A stretch of 64,000 bases of DNA from Macrostomum lignano (taxonomy: Eukaryota). The stretch spans positions 110,579-174,578 of the forward strand of contig NIVC01002432.1 of NCBI GenBank assembly GCA_002269645.1, in the 5' to 3' direction. Shown piece by piece: positions 31,553 through 45,500 of the stretch (within the stretch, counting starts at the first letter, position 1; every line of letters begins with the position of its first letter). The notes beneath the pieces are model-generated. The model made no database searches. It was not told the DNA's origin and saw nothing but the letters and a program-made list of their open reading frames with translations. Both the position numbers and the translations under genes were made by a program.

Positions 31553-34500
31553 ATGAATCAAGAAGCAATTTATATATTCTTGATGGACAATGGTTCCATT
31601 CATACAGTAGATGCAGGCTTCTTAAAAAGAAGGTGAGTGACTTTTTATTTGTATCTAAAATAGCATTTAGGTATTTTTTCTTACTCTAATGAATTATAGG
31701 TCCATTGTGACCTACATTTTCCTTTATCCTTATCTATTGCTATGTATATTTTTATGTAATGGTAGCCTATTCATATTCATATCAAATCTGTATAACTACT
31801 TAATTTCCCATAATTTTCCCCAGATAACTTTTAACAATTTTAAATCCAATGTCCCTAGTTTCTCACTCATTAACAGGTCTCATTTATTTATTGTATTTAG
31901 AAGAATGACTGGGACTGCATTCACTGCATTAACTTTAGCCAAATGTGGCATTAAAAATCTGTTTTGCTTGAGTCCCTAAGCCCAGGGGACTACCCCCCCC
32001 CCCACCAATGAAATTAAGGGCCCCAATGGTCTTTTAAGTCTCAGTTATTGAAAGGCCAACTATCACTAGATAGAACTAGATCTGGGAGTTATGTGTTCCC
32101 ATAACTACACTTGTAGCTGTATCCATAGACCAGAGCTATAGCAGGGCCCTATTATAAAGAAACATAATATTATGATTTCAAATTTTAGCATCACAGTACT
32201 GCAGGAGGAGCTTCAATCTGCATTGAATGTTCCAATAGCTAATCAGGTGCTTTTAGCCTCTGGCGGCGTCTATATGCAGGGTAGCAACCTGGTTGAGCAG
32301 TACCATGTTGGTCTGGTGAGTACACTCGGTATTTGGCTAATATTCCTACAGGATCTAATAAGACCTGTTGCTCATCCTAGTTATAGATCCTAGAATTTGA
32401 TTGATTAACAGTTTAATTCTGTGTTAAATAGAGCAGCAGAAGTCATTTCTTAGAAAGTTTATTTTCGAATTTGTGACAATTTCGGTAATGTGAAGTGATC
32501 TAAGGGCTTAAGCTTTAATGCGCGATGCAAATATCGAACTCGGCTAGCGCTTCCTATCCATGGCTTCGCTGCCTGTGCTCACCCTAGCAACCATTCTACC
32601 CGCAGGACCCGGGCAATCCGATCTTCCTATTTAACGTGGACAGCATTCGCAGTGACAGAGCGCCCGTGGCCAGCACGCTCGCGGCCAAGCACTCCGACAT
32701 CTGCGATCGAGTCCGCGTCTCTGTGGCACAGCAGGCAGCTACCGCTGAATGCCTAAGGCAGCGCGTGGCACTCGCTGAGGTGAGCGCTGGGAATTTTGCC
32801 AGTTGATTGGTTGAATTGATAAGCTAGGAGGTTGCAGTTTAGGGATTTGCGCATGTTAGTGCAAGTTTGAGGATTTGGGAATATTTGTGTGTGTTAGTTT
32901 TCAAGATTCGGGAAGATTTGTGTGTGTAAATTTTGAGGATTTGGGAAGATTTGTGTGTGTAAGTTTTGAGGATTTGGGAATATTTGTGTGTAAGTTCTGA
33001 GGATTTGGAAATATTTGTGTGTAAGTTTTGAGGATTTGGCAATATTTGTGTGTAAGTTCTGAAGATTTGGAAAGATTTGTGTGTAAGTTTTGAGGATTTA
33101 GGAAGACTTGTGTAAATTATGTGTAAGTTTTGAGGATTTGGCAATATCTGTGTGTAAATTAGAGGATTTGGGAAGATTTTTAGTGAGTAAGTTTTAAGGA
33201 TATGGAAAGATTTTTAGTGAGTAAATTTTGAGGATATGGAAAGATTTTTAGGAAGTTTTGAGGATTTGGGAAGATTTTTAGTGAGTAAGTTTTGAGGATT
33301 TGGGAAGATTTTTAGTGAGTAAGTTTTGAGGATTTGGGACGATTTTTAGTGAGTTTTGAGGATATGGAAAGATTTTTAGTAAGTTTTGAGGATTTGGGAA
33401 GATTTTTAGTGAGTAAGTTTTGAGGATTTAGGAATATTTTTAGTGAGTAAGTTTTGAGGATTTGGGAAGATTTTTAGTGAGTAAGTTTTGAGGATTTGGG
33501 ACGATTTTTAGTGAGTAAGTTTTGAGGATTTGGGAAGATTTTTAGTGAGTAAGTTTTGAGGATTTAGGAAGATTTTTAGTGAGTAAGTTTTGAGGATTTG
33601 GGAAGATTTTTAGTGAGTAAGTTTTGAGGATCTAGGAAGATTTTTAGTGAGTAAGTTTTGAGGATCTAGGAAGATTTTTAGTGAGTAAGTTTTGAGGATT
33701 TAGGAAGATTTTTAGTGAGTAAGTTTTGAGGATTTAGGAAGATTTTTAGTGAGTAAGTTTTGAGGATTTGGGAAGATTTTTAGTGAGTAAGTTTTGAGGA
33801 TCTAGGAAGATTTTTAGTGAGTAAGTTTTGAGGATCTAGGAAGATTTTTAGTGAGTAAGTTTTGAGGATTTGGGAAGATTTGTGTGTGATAGTTTGAGAA
33901 ATTAAGAAGATTCGTGCGTGCAAGTTCGAGGATTTGGGAAGATTTGTGTAAGTTTCCAGGACTCGGGAAGATAAAAAAGTCTCAACTTCCCAACCCTCCC
34001 GTCGCGGCGCACCCAGGAACTGGCATCCCTGGGCCAGCAGGAATGCAACCAGGCGCAGTGGCTGGTGCGCGATCAGCACCTGCTGCACCAGGGCTGGCTG
34101 GCCAGCCTGGCCAATCTGGACGAACTGATGCAGCGCGGCCGGCCCGAGCACGACGAATTTCTAACCAAAGCTAGAGAATTTCTCGACAAGAAAACTGAGA
34201 TAAAAGCCACTCTGGATAATTTTGAGTCCTGCTTGAACTTGTTGGGCCGAGTGCCAGTGCATCCGGGACTGCTGTCCCAGCATCATCAGCCGCAGCAGCC
34301 GCGTCGCGGCAGTTCCAGCTTCCGTCCCAGGCGAGCTTCATCGCCAGCTGGCCGAGAAGTTGCAGAAGACGACAAAAAAGGCGACGGCAAAGCCACAGTC
34401 AAGGAGGAGGAGGACGCGACGGCTGCCGATGACGACGCGCTGTCGACACCGCCGACGCCAACGTCGAAAACTGATCCCGCCGGGGTTGACGACGAAGTTT

Positions 34501-37500
34501 TGGTAAGCAGCTGCTGGGCTGCTGAGTGGGTTTGTGGTCATGGACCTCTGGATGACATGATATGGACGGCACGGTATTCTGAGCTATTTTATAGCCACTT
34601 TCTTTACCCATTGACTTCGATTCAGGTTGTCCAAGACGACGACTCAGCCGCCGACGCCTCCTCGCCAGCCGCAGCGCCAGCGCCGGCTCCGCCGCGTCCA
34701 GCTGGCTCAACAGGCTGGTGTGGCTCCTCGTCAGAAGTCTGCCTGCTGGCTTGGATCTCCTCGCAGGACGGCGGCAGCGGCGAGAGCGCAGCCGAGGACA
34801 GCGGCAGCGGCCTGCACCGTCTCCGCGACGCCCTAGACCAGGGCTTCCGCAGCGTCCAGTCAGTCGCTGTCGATCAGCTAAACGAGGAGTTCAGAAAGTG
34901 CGTCGCCCGTTCCAGCGACATCTCCTATAGGGAGGTGCGCGGACTGGAGGACCGGCTGCTGGAGTTGAACCGGCTGGCCGATGACGCGTTACAGTTGGCC
35001 GCTGGGCAAGCGGAATCGGCCAGAGGATTCCGGGCTAATCAGGAGCGCTGGCTTAGCCTGCGCGGCGATCCCAGCCTGCTAGCGGATCTGTGCGCCTCGC
35101 ATCGGAGCCAGCTGGAGACCATGGCCAAGCAACACGACGCTTTGCGGGACAAACGGCTGCGAATTCTGCGGTCCAAAGAGGAGTTTACGATTAACTTGCA
35201 CCGCAGACTGAAGTGAGTTGTAAACTTTTTAATCTGATTCTCTCTTTGATTTCTAGGGAAGTTCCGAAATTTAAATGTTTGATTTCCCGGAAAATTTTGA
35301 AATTTAATTCCTTTTCCGCTAAATCTGTAGTTAAATCCTGTCTGATTTCCTGGAAAAGATGAAACTAATTCCTGTCTGATTTCCTGGAAAGGTTGAAACT
35401 AATTTCTGTCTTTTCCTAGAAAATATACTTTTGAAACTTAATGTGTTGTGATTTTCTTGAAAATTTAAATCTAATCCCATCTTTTTTCCTAGAAAATTTG
35501 AAAACTTAATATTTTCTGATTTCCCGAAAAATTTCAAAAAATCAAATTCTATTGCATCCCACTTATCCTAAATCTCATTTAAATTCTTGGAAAGTTGTCA
35601 GAATTGCTAGAAAATTATGAAACTCAATGTCACAGCATTATTGAGCTGTTTTTTCTTATCCTAAGCTTTAAAATGTTAAGAGTATCTAGATATTCACAGA
35701 TCTAACTCATTTCTTTATACTTTCACACTAACAAACTGCCTGATTCTCCCGTTGTAGGTGGCTGTCAAAGATCCAGCTAGACTACAGTCACAATAAATAC
35801 CGAGTCAACCTGATGAAGACCCAGGTGCAGCGCAGCCTCCGGGCACACGAATTGCTCCAGCAGGCCGAGCGATCGCCCTATCTGTACGCCAGAGCCTTGG
35901 CCGAAATTGTCCGGCGCAGATCTTTCGCTAAAAAATACAATGAGGTTAATTTAAAATTTCCTGTTTTCACATAAACAAGGGCGAGATATAGAATCTAGTA
36001 CAGGACTGCGGGCTAGAGAGAGAAGAGGAGAGAGGGAATAAAGAAAATAGAAGAGAGAAGAGGGGACAGGTAAGAGAAGAGAGTGAGGGGGGGAGGAGGG
36101 AGAGGTGAGGGGTGAGTAGAGGTGAGGGAAAGAGGCGAGAGGAGAGGTGAGGGAAAGAGGTGAGGGGAGAGGTGAGGGGAGAGGTGAGTGGAGAGGTGAG
36201 GGGAGAGGTGAGGGGAGAGGTGAGGGGAGAGGTGAGGGGAGAGGTGAGGGGAGAGGTGAGGGTAGACGAGAGGAGAGGTGAGGGAAGAGGTGAGTGGAGA
36301 GGTGAGGGGAGAGGTGAGGGGAGAGGTGAGTGGAGAGGTGAGGGAAAGAGGCGAGAGGAGAGGTGAGGGAAAGAGGTGAGTGGAGAGGTGAGGGGAGAGG
36401 TGAGGGGAGAGGTGAGTGGAGAGGTGAGGGGAGAGGTGAGGGGAGAGGTGAGGGGAGAGGTGAGGGTAGACGAGAGGAGAGGTGAGGGAAGAGGAGGGGG
36501 GACAGAGAAGAGATGAGATGAGAGTTTCAAAGGACCCGAGCGCCGGATAGAGAAGAGGCTTTGCGGGCCGAAGTTTTCCGAACCCTGCTATATATTATCG
36601 AAATACTTTTCCATTTAGTAATAAAAAAAAGTTCACATAGGGGAGAAGCGAGGCAACTGTCGCTAATCATGCCCATTCCGGCTCACGCAGGGTGTACAGC
36701 GGGCCTGACTTTCTAATCGTCAGGCAGGTACACTCTGTGCCTTGGGGGAGGAGTCAGTGATTTGCATAGCAACACAATGAATCCCTAATCAATTTCAACA
36801 GTGGACTCGCAGTCTATCGTCCGACTCGTCTAAACTGCACGATCGGGAGCGCACAGTCAGGAAGGAGCTGGCCCACACCCTGCGCAGCCACCTGCTCCGG
36901 TCGCTCTTCACCTCCTTAGCCTATCGCAGCCTGAGCTTCGCAACCAAGCCGCCAGAAGACCTGGACACCGGCCTGCCTCGGGTCACGCGATCAGATCTGG
37001 AAGCTCTGGCTGTCCGGGTGCCCGAACTGCGGCCGCATCTCATTCTGCGCGAGAATGTGCCAGCCGAGGAGGTGTTTCGGAAATTTCGCCGCTTGGCGGA
37101 AGTTGCCGCAGCTTCCAGGTAAGAAATCATTTTAATCTGTTTCTGTTATGTCTGTGCTTCTAGACAGGCACCGGTGTGGAGCAATTTTAGCTTTTAAACT
37201 ACCTAGCTTTCAACCTACCTAATCTACCCGATCTACCTAATCTACCCAATCTACTCAATCTACCCTATCTATTCAATCTACCCAATCTACCTAATCTACT
37301 CAATCTACCTATCTATCTAATCTATCCAGTCTACCCAATCTACCTAATCTACCCAATCTACTCAATCTACCCTATCTATTCAATCTACCCAATCTACCTA
37401 ATCTACTCAATCTACCTATCTATCTAAACTACTCAGTCTACCCAATCTACATAATCTACTCGATCTACCTAATCTATCCAGTCTACCCAATCTACCTAAT

Positions 37501-39530
37501 CTACCCAATCTACCTATCTACTTAAACTACTCAGTCTACCCAATCTACTGAATCTACCCTATCTATTCAATCTACCCAATCTACTCGATCTACCTAATTT
37601 ACTCGATCTACCCAATCTATCCAGTCTACCCAATCTACCTAATCTACCTATCTACCTAAACTACTCAGTCTACCCAATCTACATAATCTACCCTATCTAT
37701 TCAATCTACCCAATCTACCTAATCTACTCGATCTACCTAATCTACTCGATCTACTTAATCTACTCGATCTACTCAGTCTTCCCGATCTACCCAATCTACT
37801 CGATCTACCTAATCTTCTCGATCTACCCAATCTACCCAATCTATTCAATCTATCCAATCTACTCGATCTACTCAGTCTACTCAATCTACCTAATCTACCT
37901 ATCTACTTAAACTACTCAGTCTACTCAGTCTACTCAATCTACCCTATCTATTCAATCTACTCGATCTACTCGGTCTACTCAATCTACCTAATCTACCTAT
38001 CTACCTAAACTACTCAGTCTACCCAATCTACTCAATCTACCCTATCTATTCAATCTACCTAATTTACCTAATCTACTCGATCTACTTAATCTACCCGATC
38101 TACCTAATCTACTCGATCTACTCAGTCTACTCAATCTACCTAATCTACCTATCTACCTAAACTACTCAGTCTACCCAATCTACTCAATTTACCCTATCTA
38201 TTCAATCTACCTAATCTATCTATCTACCTTAACTACTCAGTCTACCCAATCTACTCAATCTACCCAATCTATTCAATCTACCCAATCTACATATTCTACT
38301 CGATGTACCCAATCTACCTAATCTACCTATCTACTTAAACTACTCAGTCTACTCAGTCTACTCAATCTACCCTATCTATTCAATCTACTCGATCTACTCG
38401 GTCTACTCAATCTACCTAATCTACCTAAACTACTCAGTCTACCCAATCTACATAATCTACCCTATCTATTCAATCTACCCAATCTACCTAATTTACTCGA
38501 TCTACCTAATCTACTCGATCTACCCTATCTATTCAATCTACCCAATCTACCTAATCTACTCGATCTACTTAATCTACTCGATCTACTCAGTCTTCCCGAT
38601 CTACCCAATCTACTCGATCTACCTAATCTTCTCGATCTACCCAATCTACCCAATCTATTCAATCTATCCAATCTACTCGATCTACTCAGTCTACTCAATC
38701 TACCTAATCTACCTATCTACTTAAACTACTCAGTCTACTCAGTCTACTCAATCTACCCTATCTATTCAATCTACTCGATCTACTCGGTCTACTCAATCTA
38801 CCTAATCTACCTATCTACCTAAACTACTCAGTCTACCCAATCTACTCAATCTACCCTATCTATTCAATCTACCTAATCTACCTATCTACCTAAACTACTC
38901 ATTCTACCCAATCTACTCAATCTACCCTATCTATTCAATCTACCCAATCTGCCTAATCTACTCGATCTGCCTAATCTACTCGATCTACCTAATCTACTCG
39001 ATCTACCTAATCTACTCGATCTACCTAATCTACTCATTCTACCCAGTCTACCCAATCTACCTAATTTACCTAATCTACCCAATCTACCTAATTTACCTAA
39101 TCTACTCAATCTACGAGTGCTCAATCTATCCAATCGATCCGCAGGCAGCTGCCCCGGCGCCACAGCGTCGGCTTGGGCGGTCCGCCTGATTTCGTCGACT
39201 ACCCAGACGTCGACTCGGCCGACGCTACACGCGCTTCAGCCGACGCAGACTCCTCCACAGGTGTCATCAGGCCACGCTCCTGCGGCAGTGTCGAGTTTCT
39301 GATTGGCCCTTGTAGCTTGCGCACTGGCGCCCAGCACCAGCAGCACCCGCAGCCGCCTCCGATACACGAGAGCCACAGCGCCGTGGACTTTGCCAGCACC
39401 AGCCCAGGCGTTGGGGCGCGCGGCGGCTACAGCAGGCCGATCTCGTTTCCTGCGAGTAGGCTGCTCTGCGGGTTAGGGGAGTCTAGACGGTGAGTTGCTA
39501 CCAGTACTGATGCTGCTACTACTACGCTCG

Positions 39531-39563
<33 letters not shown>

Positions 39564-42500
39564 CACTAATGCTACTACTACTAGTACTACTACAAATATT
39601 ACTATTATTATTAAATACACATGACTATGAAATAGAAATCTAATATTTTGCATCCCCCGGGAAAACCTGCCAGCTCTCGCGTACTGTCAGTGGACACCTT
39701 CGACAGCGGCTCGCAGAATTTTCTCTGCGAGGAGGACTTCGCCGATCCGTTGCTGTTGGTGCAGCCGCGGACAACTGCCGAAGACGCCAGCCAGCCCGTG
39801 GACATCCCAGTCCGTCGGCGAGTTCGCACCATCACCGAGGGCTCCTCGGCCAGCCTGTCCTCCCTGCCCGTGACTCTCAACATATCTCCGGGTGGTGAAG
39901 ACTTCTACACTTGCCCGGACTTCAGCAAAGCCGCCGCCCCGGCCGGACAGTTGGTCCCGGGTTCGAGCTCCTCGGCTAGTATGTCTGGCGATACGCCGCG
40001 TAGTCCGCTGTACTTCGGCCGATACTGCGTAGGCCAGACACCGCCGCCGCCGCAGCAGCAGCAACAGGATTGCGTCAACTGCGCCAATCTGCGCCGCTCC
40101 GTAACTGATTGCGCCACCTCTGCCGGTCGCATCATCGCTGAGCTGCGCGAAGATCTCGCCGACACTCGACGTCGCCTAGCCGACGCTACCGGCGAGTTCG
40201 GCCGCTGGACCGCTGATCTGAACAGCTGGCTGGCCGGGGCCGAGGCCTCTGTGCGGCGCGAACAGGAGGCTAAATTAGCCGAGCTGAAAGACGAGGTGTC
40301 CACTGTTACTAGGGAGCTGCACGAGTACGCTGATCAGCTTAGCGTGAGTGCGCTTTGTTTATTTTAGTCTATGGCCCAAACCTGTACTATGTATATAAGC
40401 ATGTATTTAGTCTATGGCCCAAACCTGTATGATGTATATAAGCATGTATTTAGTCTATGGCCCAAACCTGTATGATGTATATAAGTATGTATTTAGTCTA
40501 TGGCCCAAACCTGTACTGTGTATATAAGCATGTATCTAGTCTATGGCCCGAACCTGTATGATGTATATAAGCATATATCTAGTCTATGTCCCGAACCTGT
40601 ATTATGTATATAAGCCTGTACCTACTATATGGCCCAATCCTGTATTATAGCAGATTTTCCTACATATGGTATTATCCAAATCTACAGTAGGATGGTTTTT
40701 AATCATAGCTATAAGTAGCACTCTGTTTCAAATTTATTTCACACTGCCCAGGTTGCAAACGCCGACTACGATAGAGCGGTTGCCGACCACCAGGACCAGC
40801 TGCAGCGCCAGCAAGACCAGGCCGCCGCCGAATTGGACGCGCTGAATCGGCGCCTGCTAGTTGAGCACGAACTGGAGCAGGAGAACATGCGCAGCGAGCT
40901 GACTAGCCGCTTGCGCGATCTTGAAGAGGAGAACAATCGGCAGCGATATTACCTGGAGGAGGCTCAGCGCAAACTTGAAGCGGCTGTTAATGAGCGGAAT
41001 AAGTTAGTGTTTTATTCTAATATTCCCCCCCCCTGAGAATCGATCCGAATTGCCCCTGGGAATCAATCCGAATTCCCCCAGAGAATCAATCCGAATTCCC
41101 CACAGAGAATCGATCCGAATTCCTCAGAGAATCAATCCGAATTTTCCCTGAGAATCAATCTAAATTCCCCCTGAGAATTAATCCCGAATTCCCCCAGAGA
41201 ATCAATCTAAATTCCCCCCTGAGAGTCAATCCGAATCCCCCCTGGAAGTCAATCTAAATTCCCTTAGAGAATCAATCCGAATTCCCCTGAGATTCAATCC
41301 TAATTCCCTCAGAAAATCAATGCGAATTACCCTAGAAAATCAATCAGAATTCCCCCAGAAAATCAATCCGAATTCCCCCAGAAAATCAATCCGAATTATT
41401 CTGAGAATCAATCTAAATTCCATCCTGATAATCAATCTAAATTCCCCCAGAGAATCAATTCGAATTCCCCCCGGATAATCGATCCGAATTCCCCCTGAGA
41501 ATCAATCCGAATTCCCCCCGGATAATCAATCCGAATTCTCTCTGAGAATCAATCCGAATTCTCTCTGAGAATCAATCCGAATTCTCCCTGAGAATCAATC
41601 CGAATTCTCTCTGAGAATCAATTCGAATTCCTCCAAAAAATCAATCCGAATTCTCCCTGAGAATCAATCCGAATTCTCGCTGAGAATCAATCCGAATTCT
41701 CCCTGAGAATCAATCCGAATTCTCCCTGAGAATCAATTCGAATTCCTCCAAAAAATCAATCCGAATTCCCCCCGGATAATCAATCCGAATTCTCTCTGAG
41801 AATCAATCCGAATTCTCCCTGAGAATCAATCCGAATTCTCCCTGAGAATCAATCCGAATTCTCTCTGAGAATCAATTCGAATTCCTCCAAAAAATCAATC
41901 CGAATTCTCGCTGAGAATCAATCCGAATTCTCCCTGAGAATCAATCCGAATTCTCCCTGAGAATCAATCCGAATTCTCCCTGAGAATCAATCCGAATTCT
42001 CCCTAAGAATCAATCCGAATTCTTTGTCTGTGTCTGTGTTTCTGTGTTTCTGAGAATCAATCCGAATTCTCCCTGAGAATCAATCCGAATTCTCCCTGAG
42101 AATCAATCCGAATTCTCCCTGAGAATCAATCCGAATTCCTCCAAAAAATCAATCCGAATTCTCCCTGAGAATCAATCCGAATTCTCCCTGAGAATCAATC
42201 CGAATTCCTCCAAAAAATCTATCCGAATTCTCCCTGAGAATCAATTCGAATTGCCCCGAGAACTAAAAGTGAAGTTCCCTAAAAATCCCCATAATACCCC
42301 ATTCTACCCGCCCCTTCACCCGCGCAGAGCCACCAACAATGACCAAGTGTGGCGGGATCGTCTCGAACGAGCCAAAGCTGAAAGTGCCCAGTTAGTTGAA
42401 AAATTGAAGCATAGCAACCGCCTAGAGACAGAGAACGCGCTTCAAGACCAGCGCCTACGTCACGAACAAGAACTGGAGGAGCTCAGACGCGAGAATCAGG

Positions 42501-45500
42501 AACTGTCCGGCGCCCTAGCGGAACTGCGCTCGGCCAGTCCGACTCCGGCCGAAACTAAGGACGCAAAAATTCGCGAACTGGAGCAGCGCCTGGCCGATTT
42601 GAATCGGCAAATGATGCGCGATCACGAGCTGATGCGCCGGTTGCATCAGCGGGCTAGCGGCAGCGGCGGTGACAGTCAGAGTCCGCTATCGACATCGCCT
42701 GTTGTTCCCAGTCGGCTGGCGCAGCAGTCGGCGGCGGCTGCATCGGCGGCGGTGACCACATCTGGGCACGCTGATCTTCAACTGCACGGCCAGCAGCTCA
42801 GTCAGCAGCTTCAACAGTCCACCTCGGTTGCCGTGACCTCTGTGTACGTGTCTACTGAGCCCAGTGAGCAGTCGTCCGCCAGCGCGGCGCACTCTCTATC
42901 CGGCGCTCCGGATCGCAACGTCTGCCTGTGTCATTGCGGATTTCGCAAAGGTGACACTGTACTTTTATATTATTCTCACGCGCACGAGCAGTGGACTCTG
43001 TACTGCTCGGATGGCGGTTTGTACTTTGTGAAAGATTCAACATTGGGCACGTTAAGTCTGCCGGCTCACCTGCCTGTTGGGCACAGTCAGCCTATTATGC
43101 TGGCCGAGTTCCAGTCCAAGGAGCACTGCCAGACTAGAAAGGTGAGCGCTGCTCGTCTGCTTTTAGTACCTATTATTGATTACTTGAGCTCTGTTTTTGT
43201 GCCCCGATGCAATCTTTCTCTATCTCTACACTGATTTACTGCCCTCTGTCCCGATCTTCCCGATCTAATCTCTCTCTGTCCCGATCTAATCTCTCTCTGT
43301 CCCCATCTAATCTCTCTCTTCCCGATCTAATCTCTCTCTGTCCCCATCTAATCTCTCTCTGTCCCCATCTAATCTCTCTCTGTCCCCATCTAATCTCTGT
43401 CTTCCCGATCTAATCTCTCTCTGTCCCCATCTAATCTCTCTCTGTCCCCATCTAATCTCTCTCTGTGCCCATCTAATCTCTCTCTGTCCCCATCTAATCT
43501 CTCTCTGTCCCGATCTAATCTCTCTCTGTGCTGATCTAACCTCTTTGTCCTGATCTAATCTACGAGTATGTCTGTCCCGATCTAATCTCTCTCTGTCCGG
43601 ATCTAATATCTCTCTGTCCCCATCTAATATCTCTCTGTCCCGATCTAATCTCTCTCTGTCCGGATCTAATCTCTCTGTCCCGATCTAATCTCTCTCTGTC
43701 CGGATCTAATCTCTGTCTGTCCCGATCTAATCTCTCTCTGTCCGGATCTAATTAATCTGTCCTGATCTAATCTCTGTCTGTCCCGATCTAATCTCTCTCT
43801 GTGCTGATCTAACCTCTCTGTCCTGATCTAATCTATGTCTTTCCCGATCTAATCTCGCTCTGTCCCCATCTAATCTCTCTGTGTCCCGATCTAATCTCTC
43901 TGTCCCGATCTAATCTCTCTCTGTCTGTCCGGATCTAATATCTCTCTCCTGATCTCGAACTTAATTTCTCTGCACTCTGATCTAATCTCTTTCTACCCTG
44001 ATCTAATCTCTATTTTCGGATCTAATCTCGCTCTCTACTTCGGTTCATTCGCCATTTATTGACAGTCCGTGTTCGTTAAGAGTACTTCTTGTGCTTTTCT
44101 AGTGGAAAACACTAGCTACTAATAGAGAACGCAGTTAAAAGTGCATCCGAAATAGTTTTAAGTTCAGAGGGGAGCGGAGTGGGAAGTGGAGTAGGCCCAG
44201 CTATTGTACAGGCCAGAATTGCGGCTCATTTTGAAAGTTCATCGGTGTACTTTTTCAGCTGCAGGAGCTGTGGTTAGAACAAGCTTAGAGTGGTGAAAGG
44301 AAAAGTCCAGCCACTGGCCTTGGACCAGAATTTTGACCTTATTTGTGCAGGCGCGCGTACTCTGGTGTTTTCAAGGTGCGCTTGTTTCTATCTGACTTTT
44401 TAGGGGGTCGCTGTTTTGTCACTGCGAACTTCTTCACCCATTTTTCTAGTGGAAAGCTGATTTACGTTTGCCTTTTTTCTAACATTTTTCCTTCTTTCTT
44501 GAAGAGTGAAGTAAAGTGTATGGCACCATGGTTAGTGTGTGTGTTTTTTCTGTGTTTTAACCTAACCTTTTTTTCACGCAATTATTAAAGAAATATGTTC
44601 TATCTCTCTTCTCTCACTCAGTGTACGCATGCAAAAATGCTATGCCGCTATACTAGGGGGGAGGGAGGGTTCTGAACCCCTGGGCACGCGGGAAGGGAAT
44701 GACCGGGGAGAGAGAGAGACAGGGTGACAGCCTGTGCGGGGTTTTCTGGTTAGCTTCGGGTCGGGGGGGCATAGAGTGCGCTTGAACTATTGTACACACA
44801 GGTTAGTTGTGTGATGCTAAATTTAGAAACTCTTTCAGTATAACTGATTAAAGTAGGGAAATCCGCTCTTATATACCTTTTTGTTATTGATTTCAAATTT
44901 GTGAAATCATCAGCTATGGAATTAAAAGACATGTAGCTTTTGTTTTCGTAAAGGCAAGTTCTTGGAAAGAGATTTATTATTATTTTACCTACCTCTCCGC
45001 TCTCCCCTCTGAGTCCCCCATCTCTATGAGATTTCTCCAAACATCACCAAATATCCACTCTCTTAGAATCGTCCCTTCTACTCTCTAAGAATCGTCCCTT
45101 CTACTCCCTATAAGCCGTCCCTTCTACTCTCTAAGAATCGTCCCTTCTACTCTCTAAGAATCGTCCCTTCTACTCTCTAAGAATCGTCCCTTCTACTCTC
45201 TAAGAATCGTCCCTTCTACTCTCTAAGAATCGTCCCTTCTACTCTCTAAGAATCGTCCCTTCTACTCTCTAAGAATCGTCCCTTCTACTCTCTAAGAATC
45301 GTCCCATCTACTTTCTAAGAATCGTCTCTTCTACTCTCTAAGAATCAGCCCTTCTACTCTCTAAGAATCGTCCCTTCTACTCTCTAAGAATCAGCCCTTC
45401 TACTCTCTAAGAATCAGCCCTTCTACTCTCTAAGAATCAGCCCTTCTACTCTATAAGCCGTCCCTTCTACTCTCTAAGAATCAGCCCTTCTACTCCTTAA

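Noticed and set aside
33180-33870. Canonical recursive (AG|GT) splice sites in the intron 3 array
   Set aside because: Units read TTTTAG-TGAGT, so AG is not followed directly by GT; kept only as donor decoys.
44201-44796. Insertion flanked by the 10-bp direct repeat CTATTGTACA
   Set aside because: No TIRs, poly-A tail or coding signal between the repeats.
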